Shown piece after piece: positions 27,598 through 42,000 of a stretch of DNA of 64,000 bases. The notes below the pieces were generated by a model that worked only from the letters and a program-made list of their open reading frames with translations, had not been told where the DNA came from and did not search any database. Each line of letters starts with the position of its first letter. Within the stretch, counting starts at the first letter, position 1. The position numbers were made by a program, and so were the translations under genes. This DNA is from Podarcis vaucheri (Eukaryota). Where the stretch lies: the NCBI GenBank assembly GCA_965113315.1, contig OZ220367.1; one strand, given 5' to 3'.

Positions 27598-30500
27598 CTA
27601 TTTCAACCTTACACAGTTGAAAACTGGCCTGTTGAAATCCCTCAGATGCAAAGGGGAGAGCTTTGACCAATACTTTTGCTGTGGCATTCTGCATTAGCTG
27701 CAGTTTCTGAGCAGCCCCAAACAAGGTGTGTTGCAGGAATTAAAACCTGAACTGTGTGACAACAGCCAATCAGTGCTCTTTGTAGAAAGTTGACCTCAGC
27801 AACTGGGTTGCCTGCTCTGTCCCTCTCATCCTCTTTTGCTGTTCTTTCTCCTGACATGCCAACAGTTTCAGCTTCTCCACCCTATCATTTCCCACTAAAA
27901 ACTCAGGAAGTGATGAAGGGAGAGAGAGAGAGAGATCTCAAAGCAGGATGGTGCTGCTGCTGAAAGCCTCTGATCCCTGAGTGATTCATTCAGTGGAGTT
28001 TGGCCCCTGCTGTGCTTCAGCTGGTGATTGCATACTGTCAAAGTGAACAGGCAGGGCGAGCCAAGCAGCAGGAAAATAAAGAGAGTGCCAGAGAGAAAAG
28101 AAAATGGCACAAGTTGGATTTCATCTCCTGCTGGGTCAATGGTCCCTCTGTGCATTAGCGATGGAGGCGGGTGGTCTGCCCTATGTTGGTGGCCATGAGG
28201 AGCAACAATGGATGGGATTTTTGTGCTGCTCCTACCCAGGAAGAATGACAGGGGCTCTTTCTTGCGAGTTAAGAAGCCAAACTTCATTCCAGCCGACTGA
28301 CAGGGCAAACTCAGCAACAGAAGAAGAGCAAGAATTAGTCCAAGTGACCTTAGGCATCAGAGATGTGGCAAGGATCACTGAATGATCGGAATGAATTCAT
28401 ATATTTTAAAAATAAAGGTATTTCAGTTTCTGTTCCACCTATTCTATTATGATAAAAATGCACACATCACAAATACACAAAGGAAAGGTAAGAATATAAG
28501 CCAAATCCAACCTAATTGGCTTGCACAATTAGCTATTTTTGATTGATCTAGCTGTCCTGCAGAAGATTCTCATGTGTTTTAAAAGTGACTTGAAGAAATT
28601 GCTTTCTGAATCATTATCATACCTTCTGCTATGAATTCGCCATTGGGTCATGTATTACAGGAGTGGATGACCTAAAAACTGGGCATGTGTTGTTGTTGTT
28701 GTTGTTGCTGCTGCTGCTGCTACATATACTGCTTAGTGCAAAAACAGACACATTTAACAACTAATTGTACAAACATGTAGTGTGACACAAGTTTTAGACA
28801 CTCTTCTACATATAGAACAAACAATGTGGGGGACACTTTGTAAATTGGTTCCCAAATGGTTTTTTCATAGTTCAGAGACATTTCCCTGCATAAACTGCAC
28901 CTGATGATGATGATGATGATGATGATAGGGTAAAAGAATTAAACTATCAGGAAAATGTGGCTTGGAAACCTAAAAACGAACTTAGATTAATTTAAATTGA
29001 AATATGGATGGCCTAATTCTAAAGAGATGGAAATCTCTGTCTTCATAGAATAATAGAGTGTGTGCTCTCAGCAGAGATGGTTTGGCAGCTTTGGGCAACA
29101 CACGTGGCATTTCTAATTGATGAAAAAGGCAGCGTGTGCCCAGAGGTGACTTACTTTATGCATTAGACATCAGGATCAATAAATAAAATGTGAGAGGCTC
29201 AGTGTGAGTTCCTTTAATAATAATGGGGCAAAAACACATGTAAAGAAAGTAAGAGTCCCATAAATTTAATGAAAAGAAAAGTCTGAACAGCCTTGACTTA
29301 TAGGGTCTCTGTGTTAACGTAACTTTTCTGTGAAGGTTAGGATTCAGTTTTGGATTCAACTGAAGCCATCAGTCTAAACTTCTCTCAAAGCTCTCCAACA
29401 GAGGTCCTTCTTCCCTGCTATACTAACCTGAGAAGTTTTTACTAGGGATTCCATAGAGATAACACTAGTTATGGAAGATCTCATACATCAGACCACTGTC
29501 AATCCACAGTTGATTACAAAGTCTCATTAGGAAGGCTTTAGACTAGGTAATATTTCACATTTTTAAACATTTTATGATGATTAAAAATAAAGAATTGATT
29601 ATATATCTGTGCACTTATTAACTCCGCACTGTAACCTGTGAATACATGACTAACCAAGATTCTTGTAGTTAATTTTTACAACCTTGACTAAATCAACAAT
29701 TCATGTCAGTCTACTGTCATTTGTGATAACTGAAAAATTCAATTAATTAGCTGTTTTATTGAAGGTAAACTTGCTGTGGAAATATGTAAATTTGCCTTTA
29801 AATTGTTTGCTGTAAGTTTGCTTTCTTCAATACAGTTAGTGCATATAATTAGGAGGGAGAACTAGAATTGTGTAGCTAGCTAGAAGCAAAGGTAGACAAC
29901 ATGGTTGATGCAAGGGGCAGAGTGGAGTCCAGTTATCCAATAATTGCATGATGCACTTTCATGCAAATAGCAACTGAAGAGTGCATTGGTGGGAATTCCT
30001 AGATATTTGTGGTGGCTTATAGGCTATGAGTATGCATCAGCACTATGTATACTCCAAATAACAAGGTGAATTGGGGTAATTCATAAACTCATGTTCCCAA
30101 CTGGGATCGCACTGTTAAACAAAGCACACTGTTGTGTATCAAGGACCTCCTTTGCACCTCAGCCACTCTGTGGCTTCACTTTTTCCAAAACGGTAAATCC
30201 TTCTTCCCCTTTTATTTTCTGAGAAACAAAGCTTAGTTGACTGAGGGAAACACCCTCAGCTCAGAAGGGGAGGTGGTGGGATGATGAACAGGGGAATGAT
30301 TTCCTGAGGCCACTCCAATCACAGTGATTACTCTTAAACCCAGTGAATTATTTTTAGAGGCCACTTCAATCAGGATGATGTGTGGCAGTGATGTTGACGT
30401 AAATAAACAGAGCTGTTCTTCACATGGGTTGTCATTCCCCATTTTGGCTGTGAAAGCATGCAAAAGGTGGAGATAGACTATTGGGGTGGCCTGCTTCTTT

Positions 30501-31517
30501 TGCAATTGATCTCTTGATACCTTGGCAAACAATTAAAAATCATAGCTCTCTTCCTCTCTGCTTCATGGAAGATACTTCCACAAAGTGTGGGGCACAGCAG
30601 GAAAAGCTGTGATTTCCCCAGTTTTTATAACAAAGTTAAAATCCCCTAGTGTGATAGCCACCCAACCTATTTGTTTATTACTCAGGGGCCCCTTTTCCAT
30701 TTCCAAACCACAAAAAACTAAGGGAGGGAACATTATTCCTATTTTCCAAACCCAAAATAGTAAAGTCTGTCCTTTCTGAAATTTTGTCCTGTTCTGAAAT
30801 TTTGCAGGCTTCATCCCCTCTGAAAGAGTGACTAGGCCTGCAGTTTGTATTCAGTTCTGGCAGGAAATATAACAGCCATAGTTACATTACATTAAAGGTT
30901 CCGAAGACAAAAGCCTATGTATGGTTCTGCCTGAAAGTTGGCAGATTTAAGCCACCATGAAGGGCTTACTTTACCTGAATGTGATAAGGAAAATAGTTAT
31001 GGCCAATTTTAAATTGCCCATTATGGTTCATTGCATTGTTAATCGTGTGAATATTGATTGATTTTCAGTATGTTAGCATCCTCATGGGCATTGTGAGAAT
31101 AAGTCATATTTGAAATGTAACCAGAGATTAGCATTACATAAACAAAACCGGTCACCTAACTGATAGCTTTTTCGGGGACTTGGTTGGTCAATAAGTTTCA
31201 GCATATTTAACTTACAGTATTCTTAGCTTCAGAGATAAAAGCAATTAAAGTAGGAAGCATGTAATCAGTGAAGCTTTCAAGATTTATTTTCAGGAAGCTA
31301 AAGTACTCATTACTTTTCAATCAATAAAAATTCTTGAGTTGGTTAAATACCACCCACAGAGTTAAATATGCTATAATAATAAAAACACTATTATTATTTA
31401 GGGAACCTTTTTAATGTAGAGTGTTTTATTATGTTTTTATATATGTTGGAAGCCACCCAGAGTGTAGCTGGGGTACAAATAATAAAATTATTACTATTAT
31501 TACTAGTAGTTATTATT

Positions 31518-31750
31518 AATACTTTGACCACTTCATGAGAAGAGAAGGCTCCCTGGAAAAGACCCTGATATTGGGAAAGATTGAGGGCACAAGGAGAAGA
31601 GGACAAGATGGTTGGACAGTGTTCTCGAACTACTAACATGAGTTTGACCAAACTGCGGGAGGCAGTGGAAGACAGGAGTGCCTGGTGTGCTCTGGTCCAT
31701 GGGGTCACGAAGAGTCAGACATGACTAAACGACTAAACAACAACAACAAA
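31518..31750 (+). mobile_element. Bov-B/RTE LINE 3' end
   Basis: YFDHFMRREGSLEKTLILGKIEG.RRRG..W, then CATGGGGTCACGAAGAGTC.GAC and a (CAA)n tail. Related flanks ATTA.TACTATTA.TAGTAGT on both sides. Confidence 0.9.
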
Positions 31751-33012
31751 ATTACTACTATTACTAGTAGTGTGTGAATAAACTGCTGTAATCTTCAGCT
31801 GAAACAAAGTAAATCACATGTAGATAGTTTTCTAGCAATCAAATAGTTGTTTATGATGGTTTCAAAGTAGCAAGGAATCTCAGTAGCAATGTTACCTTTT
31901 AACGCATATAATGTGGATGTTGTAAGAAGACATGATATCACTTCCCTTAGAAGAAATCTTGTATAAAGACTCAAGGATCTGAGACTCTTGAAAAACCAAA
32001 AGTTGAGTAGACCACCCAGATGCATTTGTTAACAGCACTCTTCACCAGCTTTTAAAAGTGGCTTTTCCTCCTGGCACGCATTCAACTCATTGCATCATTT
32101 GCCTTATAAAAATGTGCAAAGCCTCTTTTCACAAGAAATGTCATAGATCTGGTAATGCCCTGTTGCACCTTCTAAAAAACAAGCAAAAAAGTGCAGCGAA
32201 AATAATTTGACCAACTTGAGACAGAAACAATTTTCCTTTCGTGCAGTCCCATGACCACTGAGTTCTGTGGGTCTTATTGCTACGTTTGTGTGTGCATAGG
32301 TCTAAGGTACAGCCTTCAAGAACCAGAAACTGAACCTGGTAAAAATGTTACTCTTGTTGGTGCAGCTTCTCACAGCAGAAGGTGTGAAAGCATTCATCCT
32401 ACAGAGCACTTATCAACACTTCAGCTCCCCCCTTCTGTGAATACAGATTCCTCCTAGAGCACTCTGGAGCAATTTAGATAATAGTGGGCACTTGGGAGGA
32501 GTTATCTAATTTTTTGGCAGCACAGGATATGATTGCAAATGCTTGAGTGGCTATCACAGATTATGGTGAAATGGCATTCAGATCTCAATGACTGAAATTG
32601 TTAGTGCATGCAGAGTGCTTTTGGTAGGGTACTGCTTTTATTGCAGTTTATTATTATTTTTGCCACGTCCTGCTAAGGCACTTGTAAGGACTGCTGAGTC
32701 ATTTAATGACAGAGCACCGGCTTCCATCACCTCCAGTTACCATAAACATATTGAGAGAGCTCACTCTTGGTATCTATCCTGCTTCCAACAGAGGCAACCC
32801 ACTGCGTGCGTCAGTTTACCAGAATAGAAAGCCTAGGAAGGGTGAAGTCTAGACAACCTCCTGGGAACTGAGAACAGATTGTAGGAGCTAACTAACTGTA
32901 ACGAAATCTGTAAATTAAAGTTCCACATTTTCAAACTACCTGGCCGACTTTAGGCACTCTATCTCAAGAGTGCTTAGCACCCGACTATCTTATCCTCTTT
33001 TCAAATGAAATA

Positions 33013-33181
33013 CAGTGGATGCTCGGGTTGCGAATGTGATCCGTGTGGTTCACGATTTGGTGCTTCTGCACATGCGCGAGACCAAAACCTGGAAGTGACC
33101 CATTCCGGTACTACTTGGTTCGGCGCAGTGCGCAACCCGAAAATTCACAACCTGAAGCGTCTGTAACCCAAGATATAACTG
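33013..33181. mobile_element. Tc1/mariner-type MITE (degenerate)
   Basis: TA|CAGTGGATGCTCGGGTTGCG...GTAACCCAAGATATAACTG|TA. Confidence 0.65.
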
Positions 33182-33920
33182 TATATTCCAAAAGGGTAGG
33201 CAAGTAAGGCTCTAACAGGTATGGTATCTTAGAATTTGCAGCGGGGTGATCTCTGATAGGCAAATTCTAGTTCATCAGATGCAAAAGAAATGTAATAAAT
33301 AGATTTTTTTTAAAAAAAAGAATCATCTCTATTGTTAATAGGATTATCTTTTAAAATTTAAATATTCTTTAATAATGCTGAAAAAAGAGATCCAGTAAGC
33401 CAATCCAGTATATGATTGTTCCATTGGAAGGAAATGAATGGGTCTTAAGTGCATACCATTTATCACAACAGAAGTGTGATCCTGGTGGGGAGTTTCAGCA
33501 ACCCGAAGTGATTCATATTCTGAACTAAAGTGTGTTCCAGCAGTGACATCATGACCACATCTTTTAGTGAAAGACAGAGAGTTGCTTCACACCAATGGTG
33601 AACTGCAAACAAGTCTTGTGCTCATTTGCATCCCCTACTCCTTTCACGCTTTGATCAGTTACTTCATCCTTAATGCAAGCGGTAATTTGCTGTTATATCA
33701 GAACCATAAAACCACAGTAATTGTTGTGCTTCTTCCCAATCAGGATCGCACACCAGCTTCAAACTGTGGTTTGCAGCCATAGTTCGGAAGATAAGCACAA
33801 ACCATTGATTTCCAGTTTTTATGCAGCAGCAAACTATGTTTTCTGCTAAGGAGAAGTTATTTAATTTAAAAGAGAGCTTATGAAGGCAGGAGGGAGAAGA
33901 GAGGAAACAGCACAGGATCA

Positions 33921-34299
33921 TGTAACCCTGGTGGAACAAAAGGGGAGAAATAGCCAGCTAATGCGGAAGGCTAATTATGCTGAACCCAAGTCCGGATCTC
34001 ATGAACCTGAAGCAGAACCAGCAGCCTCTTGAACTGCAGACCCTGAATTGGGACCCCCCAGAATCAGCATCCTCTGAAGAACTTGATCCCCTTAAACCAG
34101 GGGGCCTCATATTCCCACCCATCCCAACCAATTGCCAGCACAGGCAATGTGTATGGCAAGAATGGGGTGGAGGCAACAGAGAGAGATGGAGAGTCATAAG
34201 GATAGTTTGAATAGGAGGGATAAAAGGCTTCCTTTTTTCCAGCTAAAGCTGTCATCTAGGAGATATCTAATGTCCTGCAATCTGACTATAACTGTTACA
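33921..34299 (+). mobile_element. possible solo LTR
   Basis: TGTAAC...GTTACA termini and an internal TATA-like GATAAAAG. No TSD. Confidence 0.25.
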
Positions 34300-34379
34300 A
34301 CTGACTAAGCCACCCCAAGGTTCTACCTCATGGGTCTTTGATCATGGTCACAACAGGATATCAAGGTTTGATCTATGTA

Positions 34380-34618
34380 CAGTGGTACCTTGGTTTACGA
34401 ACTTAATCCATTCCAGGAGTTTGTTCTTAAACCAAAGTTCTTAAAGCAAGGCGTGCTTTCCCATAGCAGTGGGGACCTCAATTTACACTCAACAGGAAGC
34501 GGAACATGTTCTGCTTCCAAGGCAAAGTTCACAAACCAAAACACCTACTTCCAGGTTTGCAGCGTTCTTAATCCAAGTTGTTCATAAACTAAGCTATTCT
34601 TAGACCAAGGTACCACTG
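34380..34618. mobile_element. Tc1/mariner-type MITE
   Basis: Perfect TIR CAGTGGTACCTTGGT / ACCAAGGTACCACTG with a TA duplication. Confidence 0.88.
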
Positions 34619-37109
34619 TAGTACCAAGTCATGGCTGAACCAAGGCAGACAGTGATCTACTAATAAAGGAGGATGAAGCTCTTTTTCTTCATGGGCTGTG
34701 TGGAAAAGAGACTCTTAGGAGTTTAAGCTTATCTCAAGCCTGCACAACCAACTGTACTTCTGCACAATTATTAGAGGTGCACAATTATTAGAAAATTAAA
34801 AGCCTAGGGTTGCCAAAATGACCAAAATTGCCCCACCCTTCTGCCTTAATAACAAGGCACTGTGCATAAACGAACAAGTGGAATTTTCCAGGAAGTTGCT
34901 CATCAACCTTCTGCTAAAGGCACAGCTACAGAGGCAGGTTGAAAAGGAGCCAAGCAGAAGCATAATTTCCACTCTACAGATATATTACCATAAGCTCCCC
35001 AGAAAACTGCATTATATGAGGTGAGCTAAAAATGTTATAAATAAAGTAATAAAAGGCTGAGGACTACCAGGATGAATTCTATAGGAAATGGGCATGATCT
35101 TGCCAAAGTGAAACAGTTTTAAGTCACAAATGCTGCTTTCAGTAGAAGAATTCTGTATGTGCTTAATGTTCTCCTATTGACTTTGAAGTGCTGGATGTTC
35201 GCTGGATTGTGGCCATTCCTTGTTCCTAATTATGTTGTCTGCACCTCCTGGCATCATACATGACCTAATGATTTCAATAAATAACATTAAAAGGCAAAGG
35301 CAACCTGCTGAGTTTTTAATAAACATCCTTTACCCTAATCACTTTAATGTTCCTGGGAAAGAAGCCTAGACAAAGTTTGCATAACAGAATGCTTGACATT
35401 TATAATTTCAGCTATAAATACTTTATTTTTTTACAGTGCCTACTGTTGATTAATTGCAAAACCTTGCAATAAATAGTTCTAGGGCAATGACAGAATGGAT
35501 TTTTGCAAGAACAAACAAAAGATTGTTTGGGGTGGGGGGAAGCACGCCGTTTTGCAAAAATAAAGGACTGTGCTTTTTAAAAAAAATACTGTCACAGGGG
35601 AGTGTTTGTAATCACCTTGACTTTCTTTTTGCTTTTTGCTTGTAGTATTTGTACTTTATAAATTTGGACGGGCTTCCACTTAAATATTCTTCCTGTTGGA
35701 AGAACATAACATAATCAGTGTTGTGTTATTAATTAAGATTAAAGCAGAAGTTAGGATCTAGGGTTGAAAAGCCCAAGAAGAAACAATTATTATTTTGAAC
35801 CCAACACAGGCAGGAGCCAAGAAATATAATTATGGCAGAGGTCTCTTCTTCAAAAAAGCTGGCATTGCACTGTGTGGAGGTGCATATTTATCACTCCAGG
35901 AAATGTGTAACCAGCTACTCCTGGGTCACTCTCTGGAAAAGGCCCAATTCTGGAAGGTAATAGAAGTATAATGAACAGCTCCAAATTAAATTACACTGCT
36001 ATAATGTGGCATTAGTTGGTATAAATGATTTCAGTGCAATTAAAGAAATCAGATACATGGCTCATACCAGGTGGTTGATGATATACAAGGCTCAGACCAG
36101 TTGGCCTGCTTATAGAAAACACAGCGGAATTAAAGCATTTTCGTATATGCAGCTGGGTCCTTACCTTCACATATTTAAAGAGCATGTGTTGAAAAAGTTT
36201 GAACTGCTAAATAAAATATTAAGAGAAATTCAGCCACCTGCAAGCACTGGTAAGTTCCGTAGGAAATATGCTATATTTTATGATAAATATGGGCTTTTGC
36301 AGATGAGTTTTTAAAGGCATCTGAGAAGCAGGGTGGTCAGATGAAAGGAAGTCAGGGCTCCTGCACCTTGAATAGTTGCACAACAAGCTACATCCATGGA
36401 CATTATTTTGCACAATTATTAAAGGTGTAGAACCCCTATACTCTTTTGCATCTAGCAAAATTACAGTGAGCAGTCTGGCTGTGTGGGGGTGAAGGCCAAC
36501 TGGTCAGAGAAAAAAGGGAAGCCATGACTGAAACTGTGGGCTACTCCCCCCCTCCCCATACAGCTGGCAGTCAATTTGTTTATATTGGAAGGATGGGACT
36601 CTTTCACACCATCTTTTTCTCCTGAGATGCCAGAGTAAAAATTGTGCCTATCCCAGTGTCACTAACAGTTCCTTGGTCTTAGGTGGAGAGATGTTCTGGA
36701 TATGAAAGGAAGGGGACTGGTGAATCCTGGCCTTTTCTGACCTCAGAAGGGTGGAAATAGCCTATATTATTGTCCCTGCCCCTGTGTCATATACCAGCTT
36801 GCCATTTGCTAATGTTCAAAAGTAATGCCAAGAACTTCTGGTTGCACAGGAAACAGATACTTTCTCTGCTTTCTGGTCAGGGCAGGGTTAATCTGGCCTC
36901 CAATTATTATGATCTGGCTTTTGTTTTTTTGTTTTTGTTTGGTAACTTGATGTTGCCTTTTGGTGCAAATCACTTAAAGGAATGACTGAAGATTAAATAA
37001 ACACAATTTCTTCTTCTTCTTCTTCTTCCTCAAAAAATGGGAGCCATCAAAAATATGAAAGAAAAGCTCCAGAGATCAAGCAAAGCTACCTCTCCCCATA
37101 TGAACTCAG

Positions 37110-37422
37110 ACTCTGCAATCATCATCTGAGGCCCTTATTCATGTGCCTCCTCCATGACAGGTCCAGAGGGAAGCAACATGAGAACAGGCCTTCTCTGCCA
37201 TGGCTCCCCGTTTGTGAAATGCTCCCCCCAGGGAAGCTCACCTGGCTCCTTCATTACGTATCTTTGTGTTTCAGGCTTTTGGTTAATTAAAAAAAGGGGG
37301 TGTTGGGGAGGTATTGTTTTTGTTTGTTACTATGCTATGCATTTTTGTGTTTTCATATTGTAAACTGCCCTGTGATCCTTGGGTGAAGGGCGGTATAGAG
37401 ATTTAATAAACAAATAAATAAT
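37110..37422 (+). mobile_element. L2-like LINE 3' fragment
   Basis: Ends TGTAAACTGCCCTGTGATCCTTGGGTGAAGGGCGGTATAGAGATTTAATAAA, a typical squamate L2 tail. Confidence 0.6.
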
Positions 37423-38628
37423 GTGAGGAATCATATTGTTTCAAAAAGACCAATGTGAAGAAACAGAAATATGGTTTTTTAAAGTTCTCCTAAATACTCA
37501 TCTCCTCCATCATTTGATAGTAAAATGATGTACACATGTTGATATTAAATGAACAAAGCATTCAGCGTGGTATAACAATGAGGAACCGAAATGAATTAGC
37601 CACTTCAATGGAGTTTGATGTCAAGGCTGATAAAATGATTTCTGAAAACCTGAATGTCACAATATATATTTTCCTATCTCTTGGAATGTACTTTTCACAT
37701 TTAGGTGTCACGCATCTACACATTTTCCACCGTCTTCGTCTCACATCCCATTCTTCAAGTTCTGAAATATTATATATATATATTTAGAATGTACTGTGCT
37801 GTGAAAATGTTGAGATAAGAGTTGCCAGAACAGTCTTGGTGCCACTCAAACCAATTTTGCTGACAAATAATTCCAGTATTATAAACACAGATACTTGCTA
37901 GCAACCAAAACACAGTGTATTAAGATTGCTACTTTTGAAAAAAGAACTGGAAAAGTAGGCCAGAGGTTCTGCAAGCTTTGCGTATTAGGTGAGATCTCAA
38001 GCGAGACTTCTTCATTTCAATTTAATTTACACCTCTTTATCTCCATTCTCATAATGCATAATAATTAACTGATTTTTGATGAAACTCTAGGTGTGCATTC
38101 ATTCAGAGCCCATTTATCTTCTTTGTCTTTGTGCTAGTAGTGCTATGAACCTTCAACAGACATATGGAAAGATAGAGTCTCTCTACAATGTTTGCAATTC
38201 ACTTAAGCAGCATAGTGTGAGCTATGGGGCGGTAGTTGGATCTTCTTCAGTGCAGCTAAAGGAATGGTGAAAGCTTTCTGGTGACTAAGTGCGGCTGAGA
38301 GTTTCCATTTACTCCTGTATCACTGAGCAAGTGGGACCTGGAGCACAATGTTGCAATATGCCCTGCCTCCTGTACAGGGTTCTAATCAACTGTTCCTCCA
38401 AGAAGACCAGCCAACTCCCTGTTCTCCATTTCCCTGTTGATAGTAAATATCCCATAGCTACTGCGCATGATCATTCTGAAAGGTACCCCCACTTAGGATT
38501 GGTTTTAAATGTTTGATGCTATTTTGCAATTCTTCAAGTTCCTCATCCTTTTCATTGCTTTCCAATGGGCCTGCATTGCCAACACAGCTATTGGCACTCA
38601 TTGTTTGAGTTCACTATTCACTATCCTT

Positions 38629-38673
38629 TTCCTTCCTTCCTTCCTTCCTTCCTTCCTTCCTTCCTTCCTTCCT
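38629..38673 (+). repeat. (TTCC)n microsatellite
   Basis: Read directly from the sequence. Confidence 0.95.
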
Positions 38674-38890
38674 GAACACTGAAACTCAACTGGTCTGACT
38701 ATGGTAGTTTGGCTGTGTAATTAAAATTCTGTAACATTCCTGGATTCACCTCCACCCTCACATTTCAACAAGCACTTGAACGACTGATTAATTGACTGAT
38801 TTAATATGAATAATCCAACGATAGTCCTTCCCCACACCATCTCTACAAAAAAATGTTATTCAAATTCACCAACCAGATGATGAATTCTAA

Positions 38891-39096
38891 GGGCACATCC
38901 ACATCATGCATTTAAAGCACTCTTTTACTACTTCAGTAGTCATGGCTTCCACTAAAGGGTCCTGGAAACCATGGTTTGTTAAGGATCCCCACAGAGCCAT
39001 GATTCCCAGCACTCTTAACAAACTGCAATTCCCAGGATTCTCCATGACTGTCAAAAATTGTATAATAGTGTTTTAAATGTAGGTGTGGATGTGACC
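38891..39096. mobile_element. MITE (possibly PIF/Harbinger-type)
   Basis: TIRs GGGCACATCCACA / TGTGGATGTGACC, internal TTTAAA symmetry, flanks TAA/TAG. Confidence 0.6.
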
Positions 39097-42000
39097 TAGG
39101 GCTCCATTGTCCAAGATAGAACACCTAGAAGATTAACTGGCCCAATTGGTTAGTCTGTTTCACAATTCAGTGCTACTCTTAAATAATACATGAGCTTTGC
39201 CCTAGAGTACAAAAATGTGTCTGTGGAATTTGAGGACCTGGGATTTGTTAATTTAAATACCTTTCTTTCAATTGAAAAGTATGTATCTGAACAGATTCTA
39301 TACAATTAGAAATCTGTACAAGAAAAGTGCACAGGGATTTTTATGCAATTTTATCCTCAGTCACAGTTGTTGCTTTGTTTAATTGTATTCTGTTTGGCTT
39401 GGGCTGAGCCAGACATGATGTCTGACAACTTACCAATGCTAACCAATATTAGTGGTGATACAGATACAACTGGGTCACCCTGATCAGAACAGGTCATTCA
39501 ATTTGAAATAAAGATTTGTCCAGTTCCATTTGTGTAAGGCAACATTCAGTCATGAGGAGACGGTAAATGACAATATCAGTAAGGAATTGGATGTTTACCT
39601 GCTTATGTCTACATCTACCTCACAGTGAAAACTTAGAAATGGAATGACTGGACACCAACCAGCCCCACTGTTTATACAAAAACCTGTCCTCAAATCACCA
39701 AGCAATGGTGAGAAGGCCTGGAGAGAAGCATGCAGTTCAGAATACTCTGAGGGGGAAAGAAAAGATTATCTGACAGCTTTCAAAACAACAACCCAAAACT
39801 GTATAGCCCCTGGGGCTGTGGAAAAATTAATCTCAGATGAGCAAAAACCAGAGGAAAACAAGTTAAATAAAAGTATGAGTGTACAGAATGTGAATTCTTA
39901 TGAGGGGTACATGATTTTGATTGTGTGTGTGTGTGTTTCTCCCTACTGCCTAAGGGGAACTTAAGTTCTCTTGGATCAACTCTGAATTAACTTGAACAAA
40001 GCATGCAAACCATAATATATGTTACACTTCAAAGTGCATTTAAGAGATGTTGCATGAGACTATGACTCTCTTCTTTATGGTTTGCATTGCCAACATTTTC
40101 CTGACAAAGATGGCCTGCTCCAAAAAAAATCCATATGATTCACAGAAATGTAACAAGTCCTTATTTCAACAAATGTTGAATTATTTGCCTGTTGTGAAGC
40201 TTTTCAATGAGAAGACCCTCTGTCAAGAAACCAGTGGCAGACCGACATCAATCCTGCTGTGCAGAATTGCATTGTGGTAAGCTTTTAGACCAGAAGTTCT
40301 CAAGTAGCCTTCCTGACAGGGCTAAAAATGACTAAAAACAGAGGCAAGGGGCAGAGCAGGTCACAAAATGGGGGTGGGACGGGATAGAACCAGTCACAAT
40401 GGCACCAGGACAGGCAAAGACAGCCACAAACAAGTTGCGTGAGATGAAGACATGTATAAAATGGCAGGAAACGGGGTGGCTGAGTGGCAGGGTTGCTGTA
40501 TTACAAGCAGAAACATCCCAGATTCAATCCCTAGGATCTCTAGGTAGAACTTGAAATGGTCCCTGACTGAAACCCTGAACAAACACCGCAACTCAGTATC
40601 GAGATTACTGAGCTAGATGGACCAGTGATCTGACTTGATATAAGGCAACTTCCTATGTTTGTTCCTCCCCTTAAAGCTCAGTCTCATCGTTTTCTCCACG
40701 CCCCTCACTCCATGAAAAATGAGAAGAAACCAGCCAGTCAAGACACTGTGAAGTGAGGGACATAAAGGTGGCCAGGGTTAGAACAGCTCTTCTGGTGCAA
40801 TGCTGTGTCCTACACTTTAAGAAGTGCTGTTTTAGATTCATCCCCACCATAATCTATATAGTCATACAATTTTGTGAAGCCAAAACAAGAGGCATGTATT
40901 GCTAGACCAGGAGCTAACTCCAAGGTATGCACAAATGCAAACAATAAAAAAACCTTTTTTTGGGGGGGGGGGAACCCACTAAGGAGGGACACAAAAAATA
41001 GCATCATCATCTCAGTGGTGTTGAATGACTAAGAAGGGATGGAGTCTTTGTTAACTGGATGGGAGGGAGAAATGGAATACTAGGGAAGTATTCTGACAAT
41101 TGGATGGGAGGGGAAATAGAATAGAGGGACTGGAGCTGCAGGATATAATTTTATTTTATATGTTTATTAAATTTCTATCTCAGAGTGGCAAGCACTAAAG
41201 TGATAAGACAATACTATTAAAAACAAAGCCGCACTATGAAAAACAAAACTTATTTTAAACATTTGAGAAACAAGTAAAAACCTCTACAGGTGTTTAAAAG
41301 CATTGAGGGCATCTAAAAACGTGTAAAACAGTTCAACCATCTTACTTTCTGGTTAGGTCACTTCTGCGGTTCATGCTGAGAAGCTATTTTTAAATGCCAC
41401 CAGGGATGGAAGTGAGTGTTGCCCATGGAAATCAATGGAATTCTCTCCAAAGACGAAAAAACAGACTAATCAGGACTTCACAGTGCTAACCTGCTCTGCT
41501 TATGGTTGCTCAACAGTGAGAAATAGCTACAGTAATTTCATTAAACTAATGACATAATTGCTCTGGAAGTTCTATTTTTAAGCTGGATTTTAAATGCTAT
41601 CATCTTGTGCAGGGGGCGGGGAATGTATCTTATTAACCAGAATGAATGATGGGATGCCGGCTTTCCTCTTATCATTTGATTACCTGGGGTAGTTTCCAAT
41701 TTGTGCAGCATATTTTCTGGTGTTTTGCCTAGTATTACATTATTCAGTCAATGAAGCCTTCACCATCATTTCCCTGGAGATTTTTCTTCTTCTTCATTCA
41801 TATAGACATCCCTGCTGAGAAGCTGCTTTAAGTTTCTCTGTTCCTAAAGCTGTTAAGAGCTACCAGAGGAAAAAATAAATAAAAATAAAACCCCTTTTCA
41901 TGAGTGATGTTGACTGGAATAGTGCGTATATTACACCAGAGAGATTGTGTAATGGCGTATCTGGCACAATACACATTTCATAGTAAACATGATAAATTGT